Positions 19,616 to 29,103 of a stretch of DNA of 64,000 bases are shown here, in pieces. Origin of the DNA: Candidatus Peregrinibacteria bacterium (GTDB lineage: Bacteria > Patescibacteriota > Gracilibacteria > UM-FILTER-43-11); contig JAFGTE010000013.1 of NCBI GenBank assembly GCA_016934215.1, positions 39,119 through 103,118 on the forward strand, written 5' to 3'. Both the position numbers and the translations under genes were made by a program. Each line of letters opens with the position of its first letter. Position 1 is the first letter of the stretch. A model generated the notes under the pieces. That model was not told where the DNA came from, searched no databases, and worked only from the letters and a program-made list of their open reading frames with translations.

Positions 19616-20357
19616 AATAGACCTCCTGAAGGCGCTGGTCGTTTTTGATGTCTTCGGGTTTTCCTTCCATGTAAATCTGTCCTTCGACCATCACGACGAC
19701 CCGGTCGATGATGTCAAAAAGGAATTTGAGATCATGTTCCACGATGACGATGGAATGGCCGTCTTTTTTGGAAAGTCCCTGAATGGTTTTGCCAAGCTGC
19801 TGGCGAAGCAGGGGGGCCACTCCGGCCGTCGGCTCATCGATCAACAGAATAGGCCGGCTGGAAAGCCTGAGACGCGACAGTTCCAAAAGTCTGAGCTGCC
19901 CTCCGGAGAGAATTCCCGCCTGAGATTTTTTGTATCTTAAAAGTCCAACTTCTGTCAGTGCTTCGTCAATGATCCGGTCCATCTTTTTTTGATGCTTTTT
20001 GGAAAAATTCCAGTACCAGGGAAAATCCCCTTCTCTTTCAATCGCGATCATCAGATTTTCTTCCAGCGTCATTTGTTTAAACACGCCCACCTCCTGAAAA
20101 CTGCGGCCGATGTATTTTCCGGCCCGCTGGTAGCTTTCCATTGAGGTCACGTCTTTTCCCGCCACAAATACTCTGCCGTGAGCTGGCTTTAAAAAGCCTG
20201 AAACTGCGTTGAGCAAGGTCGTTTTTCCGCAGCCATTGGGCCCGATGATACCGACGATCTCACCGGCTTTCATCGAGAAAGACAGATTATTCAGAATGAC
20301 ACTTTCGCCAAACTGAACGCGCAGGTTTTCAGTGGAGAGAATGGAGTTATTTTGCAT
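19605..20357 (-). CDS. Branched-chain amino acid-type ABC transporter ATPase (LivG/LivF-like)
   Basis: GPNGCGKTT, LSGGQ, LLIDEPTAG and VEHD motifs. Confidence 0.9.
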   Translation of the reverse strand: MQNNSILSTENLRVQFGESVILNNLSFSMKAGEIVGIIGPNGCGKTTLLNAVSGFLKPAHGRVFVAGKDVTSMESYQRAGKYIGRSFQEVGVFKQMTLEENLMIAIEREGDFPWYWNFSKKHQKKMDRIIDEALTEVGLLRYKKSQAGILSGGQLRLLELSRLRLSSRPILLIDEPTAGVAPLLRQQLGKTIQGLSKKDGHSIVIVEHDLKFLFDIIDRVVVMVEGQIYMEGKPEDIKNDQRLQEVYFGK

Positions 20358-20367
20358 GAAAAAAGGG

Positions 20368-21222
20368 TTAGCAGGAACGGTCGGCGCTGAGTCCTTTCGG
20401 AGAAAGGGTGCGGATCATCAGCATGACGAAGACGGAATACAAAAGCAGCCGCATGTGCCCCAGGATCACTGAAGAAAAATCAAAAAAACGGAGCAGTTCC
20501 GGAACCATAACCACTAAGAATGTGGCCACGGCCAGATAGAGAGTCTTTGGTTTGTGGGCCATGATAGCAATCGTCAAAGTCGTAAGGAGCAGCGGAATTC
20601 CGGAAAAGGAAGGATCCAGATACTGAATGCGCCAGATGGTCAGAATACCGGAAATGGCGGCCAAAAGCCCTGCCAGAATCACCACGGTCCTTCCCGCCTG
20701 CTTCCATGAAAACCCCAGAGAGCTGAGAGCTACTTTGCTTTCTTTGAGCGCTCTGAGCCGCCTGCCAAAGGAAGACTTTAAAAGAAAATATTCCAGCCCT
20801 ATTATAAGGACGGTAACAAAGGCCTGTCCCACTATCAGCGCGGGTAAGGTCTGGATAAAATCCGGGCGGGCGATTCCGGCGATTCCCAGTACCCCGCCGG
20901 TCACTGAATTCCATGATTTAAGCAGGGCGTCTGCTGCCACCACACTGGCCAGAGTCAGAACAGCGTAACTGTCCTGAGACATCTTTGTGTAAGCGAAGCC
21001 AAAAAACAAGGCTATTCCCAGCGCGAACAGAACTGACAGTAAAACGGCAGGGGGTAGAGGCAATCCTGCCTTCTGCAGAATCACCATGACATAAGCGCCG
21101 CTGGCGTAAGTGACCGGCACGGCCAGAAAAAAGATCCCGGTCACTGTTACGGTCAGATGCGCCCCTGCCGAAATAATCACTCCTTCCAGAAACTTTGCTG
21201 TAATACTTAAAAGGTATCCCAT
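20368..21222 (-). CDS. Branched-chain amino acid ABC permease (LivM-like)
   Basis: Multi-TM protein; TGGVLGIAGI and SFGRRLRALKE motifs. Confidence 0.85.
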   Translation of the reverse strand: MGYLLSITAKFLEGVIISAGAHLTVTVTGIFFLAVPVTYASGAYVMVILQKAGLPLPPAVLLSVLFALGIALFFGFAYTKMSQDSYAVLTLASVVAADALLKSWNSVTGGVLGIAGIARPDFIQTLPALIVGQAFVTVLIIGLEYFLLKSSFGRRLRALKESKVALSSLGFSWKQAGRTVVILAGLLAAISGILTIWRIQYLDPSFSGIPLLLTTLTIAIMAHKPKTLYLAVATFLVVMVPELLRFFDFSSVILGHMRLLLYSVFVMLMIRTLSPKGLSADRSC

Positions 21223-22091
21223 CAGCTGTTTCGTTTAGAGGAATAAAAGAGGCCACGGGGCCAGAGACTGAGCATAATGGCCGCCAGCAGAAAGACAAAC
21301 ACCATTTTCCAGGCGGCGGAAAAATCGCTGAAGCTGATGGCTATCTGCGGTACCAGCGCCACCAGATATGACGCAATGAAAGTGCCGGCAATATTGGCCT
21401 GGCCGCCGATCAGAAAAGCGATAAAGGCCATGATAATCAAATCAAAGCCCATTCCGGGTGTCAGAGCCGTATTGAGTCCGAGCGTGATACCGATAAAACC
21501 GGCCATCAGGATGGCGAGTAAATAAGTGACAAAACGCATTCGATGGGAATTGATCCCTTGTGCTTCAGCACTGTTGCGGTTTTCCGAAAGACTTCTCAGG
21601 GTTCTTCCGAAAGGCGTTTTTTGAAGCACAAAGGCCATTAAAAGAAAACACAGTATTCCGGCCGCAATGGTGATCAGGCCGGGCAGGGTGAGGTTGAGTC
21701 CGCTAAAATGGAAAGTCGGCAGAACGCCTTCGATTATACTTTTTCCATCCGATCCAAAACCGATTGCAATCAACGCCTCCAGCGCCACTCCCGCTGAAAA
21801 ACTGGCCAGCAGGGCGAACAGGTATTGTTTTCGTTCAATGTATTTTTCCAGCAGAAAGTAGGAAAAGACGGAAAAGATGATTCCTGTTACGACAGCTATT
21901 ATGCCCGCCAGGTAGAAATCGCCGGACCATTTCACGATCATATAAAACAGGTAGGCGATAACGGTCGACATCGCGCCGATACCCAGATGGAATACCTTGC
22001 TGACGCTGTAGATCATATAAAGCGGAATAGCGATGAGCAGGATCTGCGTACCGAGCACCAGGCTGTTTAGCAGAATCTGGAGGAAAAACAT
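21222..22091 (-). CDS. Branched-chain amino acid ABC permease (LivH-like)
   Basis: QILLNSLVLG start, TPFGRTLRSLSEN, LWPRGLF end; multi-TM. Confidence 0.88.
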   Translation of the reverse strand: MFFLQILLNSLVLGTQILLIAIPLYMIYSVSKVFHLGIGAMSTVIAYLFYMIVKWSGDFYLAGIIAVVTGIIFSVFSYFLLEKYIERKQYLFALLASFSAGVALEALIAIGFGSDGKSIIEGVLPTFHFSGLNLTLPGLITIAAGILCFLLMAFVLQKTPFGRTLRSLSENRNSAEAQGINSHRMRFVTYLLAILMAGFIGITLGLNTALTPGMGFDLIIMAFIAFLIGGQANIAGTFIASYLVALVPQIAISFSDFSAAWKMVFVFLLAAIMLSLWPRGLFYSSKRNS

Positions 22092-22108
22092 GACTTTATT
22101 ATTTAGGA

Positions 22109-23227
22109 TTATTGATTAACAGCTTCGCCGTTTTGCACTATGAAACGGCTGACAGGAATGTTCTGAACGAAGTTGTTTTCTCCGAAATAGATCTTTCCGA
22201 TGTAACCTTCGAAGCTTTTCTTCCGCAGGGCGTTTTTGACCTTTGCGGGATCAGGTCCTTCACTTTGAATGGTCTCTGTCAGAATATCCAGTACATCCAG
22301 GGCAGATGCCGTGTAATACATACCCAACGCTTCGATGACTCCCTTTTCGGCTTCGATGCCTTCGTAAACCTGTTGGAATTCAGGAGAACTTAAAGTGGGT
22401 GCGTCGATAATGATCATTCCTTCGTCTGCTTTGGCAGCGTTTATTCGTGAAACATTTGGCAGATAAGCATACTGGCTGACCAGCTGTACATCTGCCAGGG
22501 CCGGGATTTCCGCCAGCTGTTTAAGCAGATTTTCAGCGGTTATACCGGGATTCGGATTTAAAAATAATGCTTCCGGCTGACTGACCGCTACTTTTTCCAG
22601 CATGTTCCGGAAATCACTGCCTCCTTTCGGGAAGGTCTCATCAGCAATTATGGTCACATCGGAATCCAGGTTTTCACGCACCACTTTCTGCAGGCCTATA
22701 TTGTAATCATTCTGTTCTGTGATCATCGCTACTTTTTTATACCGGTTCAGTTCTTTGGCAATTCCCTGCCCCACCACGTCATCGTTGTAAGAAATAGTAA
22801 AAACAAAATCGCCTTCCTTTTCCACGTCCGGATTAGAGGACCATCCGGAAAGGAGTACTACTTGGTTACTTTGTGCAATCGGAGCAACTGCTAATGTTTC
22901 AGAAGAGCATGTTCCGCCCAATACAAAATCCACCTGATCGAAGTCGACCAGCTTCTGAAAAGCCAGTACTGATTCTGCACCGCTGCACTTGCCATCTTCG
23001 TACACCAGTTCAAATTGATAATCATTTGCCTGCTGATTTACCTTCTCCACCTGATAATCCAGCACTTTCTGAATTTCTATACCCAAAGCGGCAGCATCTC
23101 CGCTTAAAGAAGTGAGCACTCCCAGTTTGACGGTTTTAACCGGCTGATCTCCCGTACTTTCTATCACGGAAGCATTGCAGGCGGTCAGTAATAGAAAAGA
23201 AATAAGAGTTAAAAGTATTTTACGCAT
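22109..23227 (-). CDS. Branched-chain amino acid-type ABC substrate-binding lipoprotein (LivK/J-like)
   Basis: Lipobox LTAC; KLGVLTSLSG, YEDGKC, GGTCSSET and NDY motifs. Confidence 0.88.
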   Translation of the reverse strand: MRKILLTLISFLLLTACNASVIESTGDQPVKTVKLGVLTSLSGDAAALGIEIQKVLDYQVEKVNQQANDYQFELVYEDGKCSGAESVLAFQKLVDFDQVDFVLGGTCSSETLAVAPIAQSNQVVLLSGWSSNPDVEKEGDFVFTISYNDDVVGQGIAKELNRYKKVAMITEQNDYNIGLQKVVRENLDSDVTIIADETFPKGGSDFRNMLEKVAVSQPEALFLNPNPGITAENLLKQLAEIPALADVQLVSQYAYLPNVSRINAAKADEGMIIIDAPTLSSPEFQQVYEGIEAEKGVIEALGMYYTASALDVLDILTETIQSEGPDPAKVKNALRKKSFEGYIGKIYFGENNFVQNIPVSRFIVQNGEAVNQ

Positions 23228-23272
23228 GAATAAGGTAATTAAAAATTAGAATGGTGATGATATTATACAATT

Positions 23273-23359
23273 TTTTTCGACATGACAAGTGTATGTTTTC
23301 ATTTTTCTTTTAAAATAAAGCAAAAACTGCTATAATTGATGTGTCGAAAAATGTCGACA
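23273..23359. promoter_or_regulatory. Candidate operator sites between the divergent liv operon and the TrmB regulator
   Basis: TTTTTCGACA (23273), its inverse TGTCGAAAAA (23342), and palindrome TGTCGACA (23352). Confidence 0.35.
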
Positions 23360-23381
23360 TTTCAATTATCAGACCATAATC

Positions 23382-24110
23382 GTGTATAAAATCTACCTTC
23401 ATCCGCTGGGCTTCAGCAACAAAGAAGCAGAGGTCTATCTGGCCCTGAATACCTTTGGCCCCTCCCCTGCCGCCACACTGGCCCGCATCACAAACATTAA
23501 ACGGACTTCTATGTATGACATCCTGAATGCGCTTATGGCGAAAAATCTGATCGTCACTTTTAAAAAAGGACAAACCACTTTTTACGCCATCGATGACCTG
23601 AATAAACTCCTGCATAATGAACGGGAAAAAGTCCGGCTGGCCGAATCAGTAGTCCGGCAGCTGGATGCTGAAAAGGCCACACAGGAAGGGATTCCTATCA
23701 ATCACTACATCGGCGAAGAGAATTACCGTGAGATGTACGAAGATATCCTCCGTGCCAACCCCAAAGAACTGATGGCCTGGCTGCATCTGGATAAGTTCTA
23801 CAAAGCGCTGGATCCGGTCCGTGAGGAAGAATGGACCCTGCAACGGATCAAACAGGGCATGTACGCCCGCCTTATTCTGGTGGATACTCCGTTAGCCCGC
23901 AAATTCCGCAGGCAGGACAAAGAAAGGCTTCGGTCAACCGTCATCATTCCGAAGGAATTCGCCTTTGATACCAACTGCTTTTTATACGAAAATCACATCA
24001 TGCTTTTTGATGCCGATAAAGTCGTCACGGGCATACGCATTAACCATCCGGGAATCTACACCATGCAGAAACAGATCTTTGAGATGACCTGGAATTACTT
24101 TAAAGGTTAG
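23382..24110 (+). CDS. TrmB-family HTH transcriptional regulator
   Basis: LGFSNKEAEVYLAL...IKRTSMYDILNAL wHTH and a C-terminal effector-like domain. Confidence 0.85.
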   Translation: MYKIYLHPLGFSNKEAEVYLALNTFGPSPAATLARITNIKRTSMYDILNALMAKNLIVTFKKGQTTFYAIDDLNKLLHNEREKVRLAESVVRQLDAEKATQEGIPINHYIGEENYREMYEDILRANPKELMAWLHLDKFYKALDPVREEEWTLQRIKQGMYARLILVDTPLARKFRRQDKERLRSTVIIPKEFAFDTNCFLYENHIMLFDADKVVTGIRINHPGIYTMQKQIFEMTWNYFKG

Positions 24111-26853
24111 ACGGAATATCAATACCGTTATTTTCCAATTGTTCTGCCACTAGTTCTTTGGCTTCAAGTAATGAAATAAAAGTCCGTCTTACATCCTCTC
24201 GTTTATAGTAGGAATCATCATAGCTATCCAATGCCTCCTGAACATTTTCATAGATAAATTTAATACCGTTAATGGATGCCTTTGTTTCATCCGGAAGCAC
24301 TAAATTATCTTCAACTCGAACAGCCCAGGAAAGGATGGCATCAGCCTCCCCCTGGATTTCATTCAGATTCAGCGGTTCATCACCTGAGTAGTCTCCTTTT
24401 GCATAGTCCGTTCCCCTGTGTCTCATATCTTCAAAACGTCGGCGTAACTGCTCAGCTATTTCGTAAGTATATTTTTCCTCACCGGGAATCCGCGCTAAAA
24501 AACATCTAAAATCGGTATGTTTGTCTTCATCATAAATGGGAGCGAGCAAGTATTCATAGCCGAATCTTCCCCTGAAATCTGAATAACTTTCCGGTTTTCC
24601 GGTTACTGTAACGAATTCCTGCCCCTGACAGGCATATTCTCCATCATTCCAAAGACTGCTGGCATTTGCCATTTCTGTGAATTGAGGATAAAAACGATGA
24701 AGCTGCAAAGCATCAAAACGCTCCTGCGTGTAAAGCCACTGTTTGGCTATCGGTTTGGCCTTTTGAGTTGAAAAGACTTGGATAATCCGCAGCCTTGTTC
24801 CAATGCACTCCATTTTCCTCTCAGGACTTACTTCTTTACAATATTTTTCTGCTTCTTCTCTATTCTTTTCTTCTGCCCTTTTCTCCGCCTCTTTGTCACG
24901 TGTAACCAAAAGTGTTTCAGCAGTTTTCGGATTTTTATAAACATAAACCGTCTCTGGCTCTTCGTCTATCCGACTTTGTACTGAATAAAACCCCTCAACC
25001 TTACAGGTTCGGTTGTAATCGCCTAATACACGATAGGCAACATCAGCCTCTATCGCACATTCTTTTAAATTTCGCTCAGCCTGCTCAAAATCTTTAAAGC
25101 TGTTTGCCCCAAACGCCGATGTATCGCGCTTGACTGTAATCACCACCTGACGATCTTCTGTCTCAGGCCGCTCGACTGCTTCGGTAAATAATCGCTGATG
25201 TGGTATTTGTTCCGCGTAGGGACGACTGATATCAATATCATGTTCCATAAGCAGTAAGCGGTTTGCCACCGCAAAGCGATCGACTGCATCAATCCTTTCC
25301 AGATCATTCTTCGACATTTCATTGGGATCCTCCCGGTCTAAAATATACTGCTTAAAAACCTGTTCAACCTTTTCGAAGGTCTCTGGCATTATTCCATATC
25401 TGTTTTTAAGATCCTGGCCGCATTTTTTAACCAAATTATTAAAAATACTTAGGTTTTCACTTTTGTCGATGACTCCATGCCAAGTGTCATAACGAGAATG
25501 ATAATAGAAAGAGATATTTTTCACTCTTTCTTCGAGTGCCGCATCCATGGCTTTTTGTCTTTGTTCTTCCACTCCCTGCTGATAGGAAACACCAGCTTTA
25601 TAGGTGCCGCCTACCCCTGCCGCCCCCAATGTCAGGGCTAAAGCCAAGCGTGCCCGCGCCAGGGTTCTTTTGGCTGCCAGTGAATAATAGTTTTCAGCGG
25701 TTTTAAGGTGGATTGTCTCAAATGATTTCCCTTCCAGAAGGTCAAAAAGGGGCTGAAGCTGGGCGCATTTTTTATAACTGCCTTTTTTACCTTTCATCAG
25801 TCTTTCGATGATCTGGTCATACACTTCCTGCCGTTCCACTCCGCCATGAATACTGCGGCCATTTAGGATATCCGCTAAACGGACAGCCACTTCACAAAGT
25901 CCGTAATATTTGGCATTGGGGTTTTCATTCATCGCTTTGGGCACAGTTCCCTCAAAGGCCATATCAAGCACTTCGTATTCTTTTGAAATAGCATACAAAA
26001 AACGGGCCAGTTCTAAAGAACTCGGCTGAGCAGAAAGTGTCAGATCTTCCAAACCGCCAAGCGCCCCCTCAATGTCCAATTCACCCGATTCTTTTGCCTG
26101 TTTGAGCGTCTTAAAAAGGTCTTTATGAAGAGGGGCTTCCTCTGCGTTTTCAACCAATACTTCCGTCTGCCTGAAATGTTTTTTGGCAAGCACCCTGATC
26201 ATCTCCGCTTCCTCTTCAGCCGGTATGGCGCGCCGGTCATCCACCTGATCATTAAAAATGCGGCTCAGGGCCGGAATGATGACAAATTGCAGGTTACTAT
26301 GCCAGCCTTTTTGACCATACCAAAAGCCGCGAATATGTTTGATGCCATAATCGATCATGGCCAGAATTGCTTCCTTGTCATATATCCGGCGTTCACGTTC
26401 CCATCCCATAAAATCGGCAATTTTTTCGCGCGTGGTCGGAGGAATGAACTTTCCCAGATAAAAGGCGTGATTACCTGCTTCCAGCTGAGGACGTTCAATT
26501 TTCTGATCCGCAAATCGAACACTTTCCCATTCCCGCAGTTCTTCTTCCGCTTTTTCATCTAAAAACTGTTCCTGCTCAGTGACAGGTTTTTGTGCCAGTT
26601 CTTTCTTAAGCTTTTCTCTTAGTAAGTCTTTCAGTCTTTCCTTTCGCTGTGTACCGTTAAGCTCCCAATAACTGATTCTTTTTTCTATCTGCCGCCATTT
26701 TTGATGGGTTTCTCTGAGTCCGACCTTTTCACCAACTCGCGGCGAATAACTGACAAAATCAGCCATCGGTGATGGGCTGGAAAAGGCTTCCCGTAAGGTT
26801 TTAGGAAGCGGAATCGCTTCCGGCCTGTAATGTTCGTGTTCAAAGTATGACAT
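24100..26853 (-). CDS. Large hypothetical protein with one central TM segment
   Basis: 917-aa ORF with hydrophobic segment LALALTLGAAGVGG; no recognised family. Confidence 0.7.
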   Translation of the reverse strand: MSYFEHEHYRPEAIPLPKTLREAFSSPSPMADFVSYSPRVGEKVGLRETHQKWRQIEKRISYWELNGTQRKERLKDLLREKLKKELAQKPVTEQEQFLDEKAEEELREWESVRFADQKIERPQLEAGNHAFYLGKFIPPTTREKIADFMGWERERRIYDKEAILAMIDYGIKHIRGFWYGQKGWHSNLQFVIIPALSRIFNDQVDDRRAIPAEEEAEMIRVLAKKHFRQTEVLVENAEEAPLHKDLFKTLKQAKESGELDIEGALGGLEDLTLSAQPSSLELARFLYAISKEYEVLDMAFEGTVPKAMNENPNAKYYGLCEVAVRLADILNGRSIHGGVERQEVYDQIIERLMKGKKGSYKKCAQLQPLFDLLEGKSFETIHLKTAENYYSLAAKRTLARARLALALTLGAAGVGGTYKAGVSYQQGVEEQRQKAMDAALEERVKNISFYYHSRYDTWHGVIDKSENLSIFNNLVKKCGQDLKNRYGIMPETFEKVEQVFKQYILDREDPNEMSKNDLERIDAVDRFAVANRLLLMEHDIDISRPYAEQIPHQRLFTEAVERPETEDRQVVITVKRDTSAFGANSFKDFEQAERNLKECAIEADVAYRVLGDYNRTCKVEGFYSVQSRIDEEPETVYVYKNPKTAETLLVTRDKEAEKRAEEKNREEAEKYCKEVSPERKMECIGTRLRIIQVFSTQKAKPIAKQWLYTQERFDALQLHRFYPQFTEMANASSLWNDGEYACQGQEFVTVTGKPESYSDFRGRFGYEYLLAPIYDEDKHTDFRCFLARIPGEEKYTYEIAEQLRRRFEDMRHRGTDYAKGDYSGDEPLNLNEIQGEADAILSWAVRVEDNLVLPDETKASINGIKFIYENVQEALDSYDDSYYKREDVRRTFISLLEAKELVAEQLENNGIDIPSNL

Positions 26854-26980
26854 TGTCAGCTATGATATTATACTTTATTTTATGTTTTTGTCAACTATTT
26901 CCGCGGTTGTGAATTTGCCCTTTTTCATGTATAAAGCTGGGGCGTCAACAAAGTCAAAATCCGGGGTATAATGGCGACGC

Positions 26981-27065
26981 GCCCAGGTGGTGGAATTGGT
27001 AGACACGCCGGCCTTAGGAGCCGGTGCCGCAAGGCGTGAGAGTTCGAGTCTCTCCTTGGGCACCA
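26981..27065 (+). tRNA. tRNA-Leu (anticodon TAG)
   Basis: Acceptor stem GCCCAGG/CTTGGGC, D-loop GGAATTGGTAGAC, anticodon arm CCGGC-CTTAGGA-GCCGG, long variable arm, GTTCGAGT T-loop, encoded CCA. Confidence 0.97.
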
Positions 27066-27103
27066 CTATGTTATAATTAAGAGGCATCCATAATAAAATA
27101 ATT

Positions 27104-28237
27104 ATGAAGAAAATACTGCTCACATTATTTGCGGCGTTGCTTTTTTTGCCGACTTTTGTGCAAGCTGCTACTTTTCAGGCAGGTGAAGAAATCTATATAG
27201 ACCAGAGCACTTCTGACGATCTTTATACATCAGGGGGTATCCTGAGTGTGACAGAAGAAGTCAGCGGGGATTTGATTGCAGCCGGCGGAAAAGTGATGCT
27301 TCGGGGCAGAATTACTCAAGATCTTACGGCTTTAGGTGGAAATCTTATGATCGATGGTGAGGTGGATGATGACATTCGTGTCATCGGAGGCAGTATCCAT
27401 ATCAATGCGATAGCCAAAGATGATCTTATGGGTGTGGGTGGGGATGTCACGCTAACAGATAATACTTTTGTGGGCGGAGACGTGAATCTGATTGGGGGCA
27501 GTCTTGTTCTGGGGGGTGTCATTAACGGAGATATGAGACTTGCCGGAGCTTCTATTTACCTTAACGCAGATGTAAAAGGAGACGTCACACTGCTCAGTTT
27601 CGAAAAAATTACTTTCGGGCCCCGGGCCCGCATTCAGGGAACACTCACTTATGCGGCTGAGGAGCCGCTCAAAATGCCCGCCAACCTGGTGAAAGGCGGT
27701 ATCATTTTTAAAGAAATTGAAACAAGCCGCGTCAAGGAAAATCTGCCGGCTATTATGGCTGGATTTTCCATTTTTTCTTTCCTGGCCACTTTGTTTTTCG
27801 GTTTAATTCTACTTTGGCTTTGCCGTTATTACATTCTTCATGCCTCTGAAATCGCTTATGATGCCACTTTAAAAACGGTCGGCGTCGGTTTTTTGGCGCT
27901 GATTCTTTCGCCAATTATGGTGCTTATCTTACTGATTACAACCGTAGGCATTCCAGCCGCACTAGCGCTTCTGGTACTGTGGCTGGTTTTCCTCTACATG
28001 GCAAAAGTGATGGCGGCGATGCTGATTGGTTTTAAACTGGTCAGAGTGACCGATAAAAGTAAATTCATCCGAATGTTTGGCAGTTTCACTCTGGGTGCCG
28101 TCATCTATACCCTGATTGATATGGTGCCGGTTGTGGGCTGGGTCATTAATTTGGTTTTTGTCCTGATCGCGCTGGGCGCCATGACCTTGTACGAATTTGA
28201 ACTTTTCTATCAGCTTCGTAAAAAGAAGATCGTTTAA
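27104..28237 (+). CDS. Membrane protein with N-terminal beta-helix (bactofilin-like) repeats
   Basis: Signal peptide, repeated (G/D)DLxxxGG units, five to six C-terminal TM helices. Confidence 0.75.
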   Translation: MKKILLTLFAALLFLPTFVQAATFQAGEEIYIDQSTSDDLYTSGGILSVTEEVSGDLIAAGGKVMLRGRITQDLTALGGNLMIDGEVDDDIRVIGGSIHINAIAKDDLMGVGGDVTLTDNTFVGGDVNLIGGSLVLGGVINGDMRLAGASIYLNADVKGDVTLLSFEKITFGPRARIQGTLTYAAEEPLKMPANLVKGGIIFKEIETSRVKENLPAIMAGFSIFSFLATLFFGLILLWLCRYYILHASEIAYDATLKTVGVGFLALILSPIMVLILLITTVGIPAALALLVLWLVFLYMAKVMAAMLIGFKLVRVTDKSKFIRMFGSFTLGAVIYTLIDMVPVVGWVINLVFVLIALGAMTLYEFELFYQLRKKKIV

Positions 28238-29023
28238 ATGGATCTAATTGATACCCACTGTCATATCAGCCACCTAAAAAAAGGACAGAAGGCCGTCATT
28301 GACCGCGCCTTTAAAGTAAATGTTACAAAGTTTGTGGATGTTGTTTGCTCAGTTGGTGAAATCCAGTCTTCGCTAAAGCTGGCTAAGCAGTATGATTTTG
28401 TCTGGAGTACGGCCGGCATCCACCCGACCATGCTGACGGACAAACTGGAAGAAGATCTGGGCAAGGTGCGGGAACTGGCAAAAAATGAGGAAAAAATTGT
28501 GGCCATCGGGGAAATCGGTCTGGATTATTATCACGATAAATTTCCGCACGGCCAGCAGGAAGCTTTTTTTGTGGCGCAACTTGATATTGCCCGCGAGCTG
28601 GATCTACCGGCCATCATCCATCTGCGCAGCAGCAAAAATCCGGGGGGGAATGAAGAAGTGTTTGAAGACGCCATCCGGATTCTGATGCGCGAAGATTTTA
28701 AAAACGGGGTGGCTCATTGCTTCAGCGGCAATATGATCGAAGCGGAAAAGATATTAGACCTGGGCTTGATGATAAGCTTTACGGGCATCATCACCTACGA
28801 AAATAATGACGTTTTGCGGGAAGTGGTAAAAATGGTGCCATTGGATCGCATGATGCTCGAAACAGACAGCCCCTATTTAACGGTAGAAAGCCGCAAAGGC
28901 AAGGCCGGCGAACCGTCAGACGTAAAAGCGATTGCGGAAAAAGTAGCTGAAGTAAAAGGCGTGCCCTTTGAAGAAGTGGCTCAAATTACAACGGCAAATG
29001 CGGAGCGGTTTTTTGGAATTTAG
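28238..29023 (+). CDS. tatD: TatD-family deoxyribonuclease
   Basis: IDTHCH, GIHP, AIGEIGLDY, HCFSG and LETDSPYL motifs. Confidence 0.93.
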   Translation: MDLIDTHCHISHLKKGQKAVIDRAFKVNVTKFVDVVCSVGEIQSSLKLAKQYDFVWSTAGIHPTMLTDKLEEDLGKVRELAKNEEKIVAIGEIGLDYYHDKFPHGQQEAFFVAQLDIARELDLPAIIHLRSSKNPGGNEEVFEDAIRILMREDFKNGVAHCFSGNMIEAEKILDLGLMISFTGIITYENNDVLREVVKMVPLDRMMLETDSPYLTVESRKGKAGEPSDVKAIAEKVAEVKGVPFEEVAQITTANAERFFGI

Positions 29024-29028
29024 CGCAG

Positions 29029-29047
29029 GTAGGTATATCTCTTTTTG
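29029..29047 (+). repeat. Dispersed repeat copy 1 (GTAGGYATATCTMTTTT family)
   Basis: GTAGGTATATCTCTTTTTG; related copies at 53852 and 56969. Confidence 0.55.
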
Positions 29048-29103
29048 TCATTATTCTTGACATAGGCTTTTTTTAGCGTATCATAATTAACCTCTTAACC
29101 CGA

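Noticed and set aside
18860-27065. Integrated island or prophage at tRNA-Leu
   Set aside because: No integrase or phage genes, no duplicated tRNA 3' end was seen, and the accessory genes lie on the 5' side of the tRNA.
26875-27123. 82-aa minus-strand ORF
   Set aside because: It is the antisense reading of tRNA-Leu.
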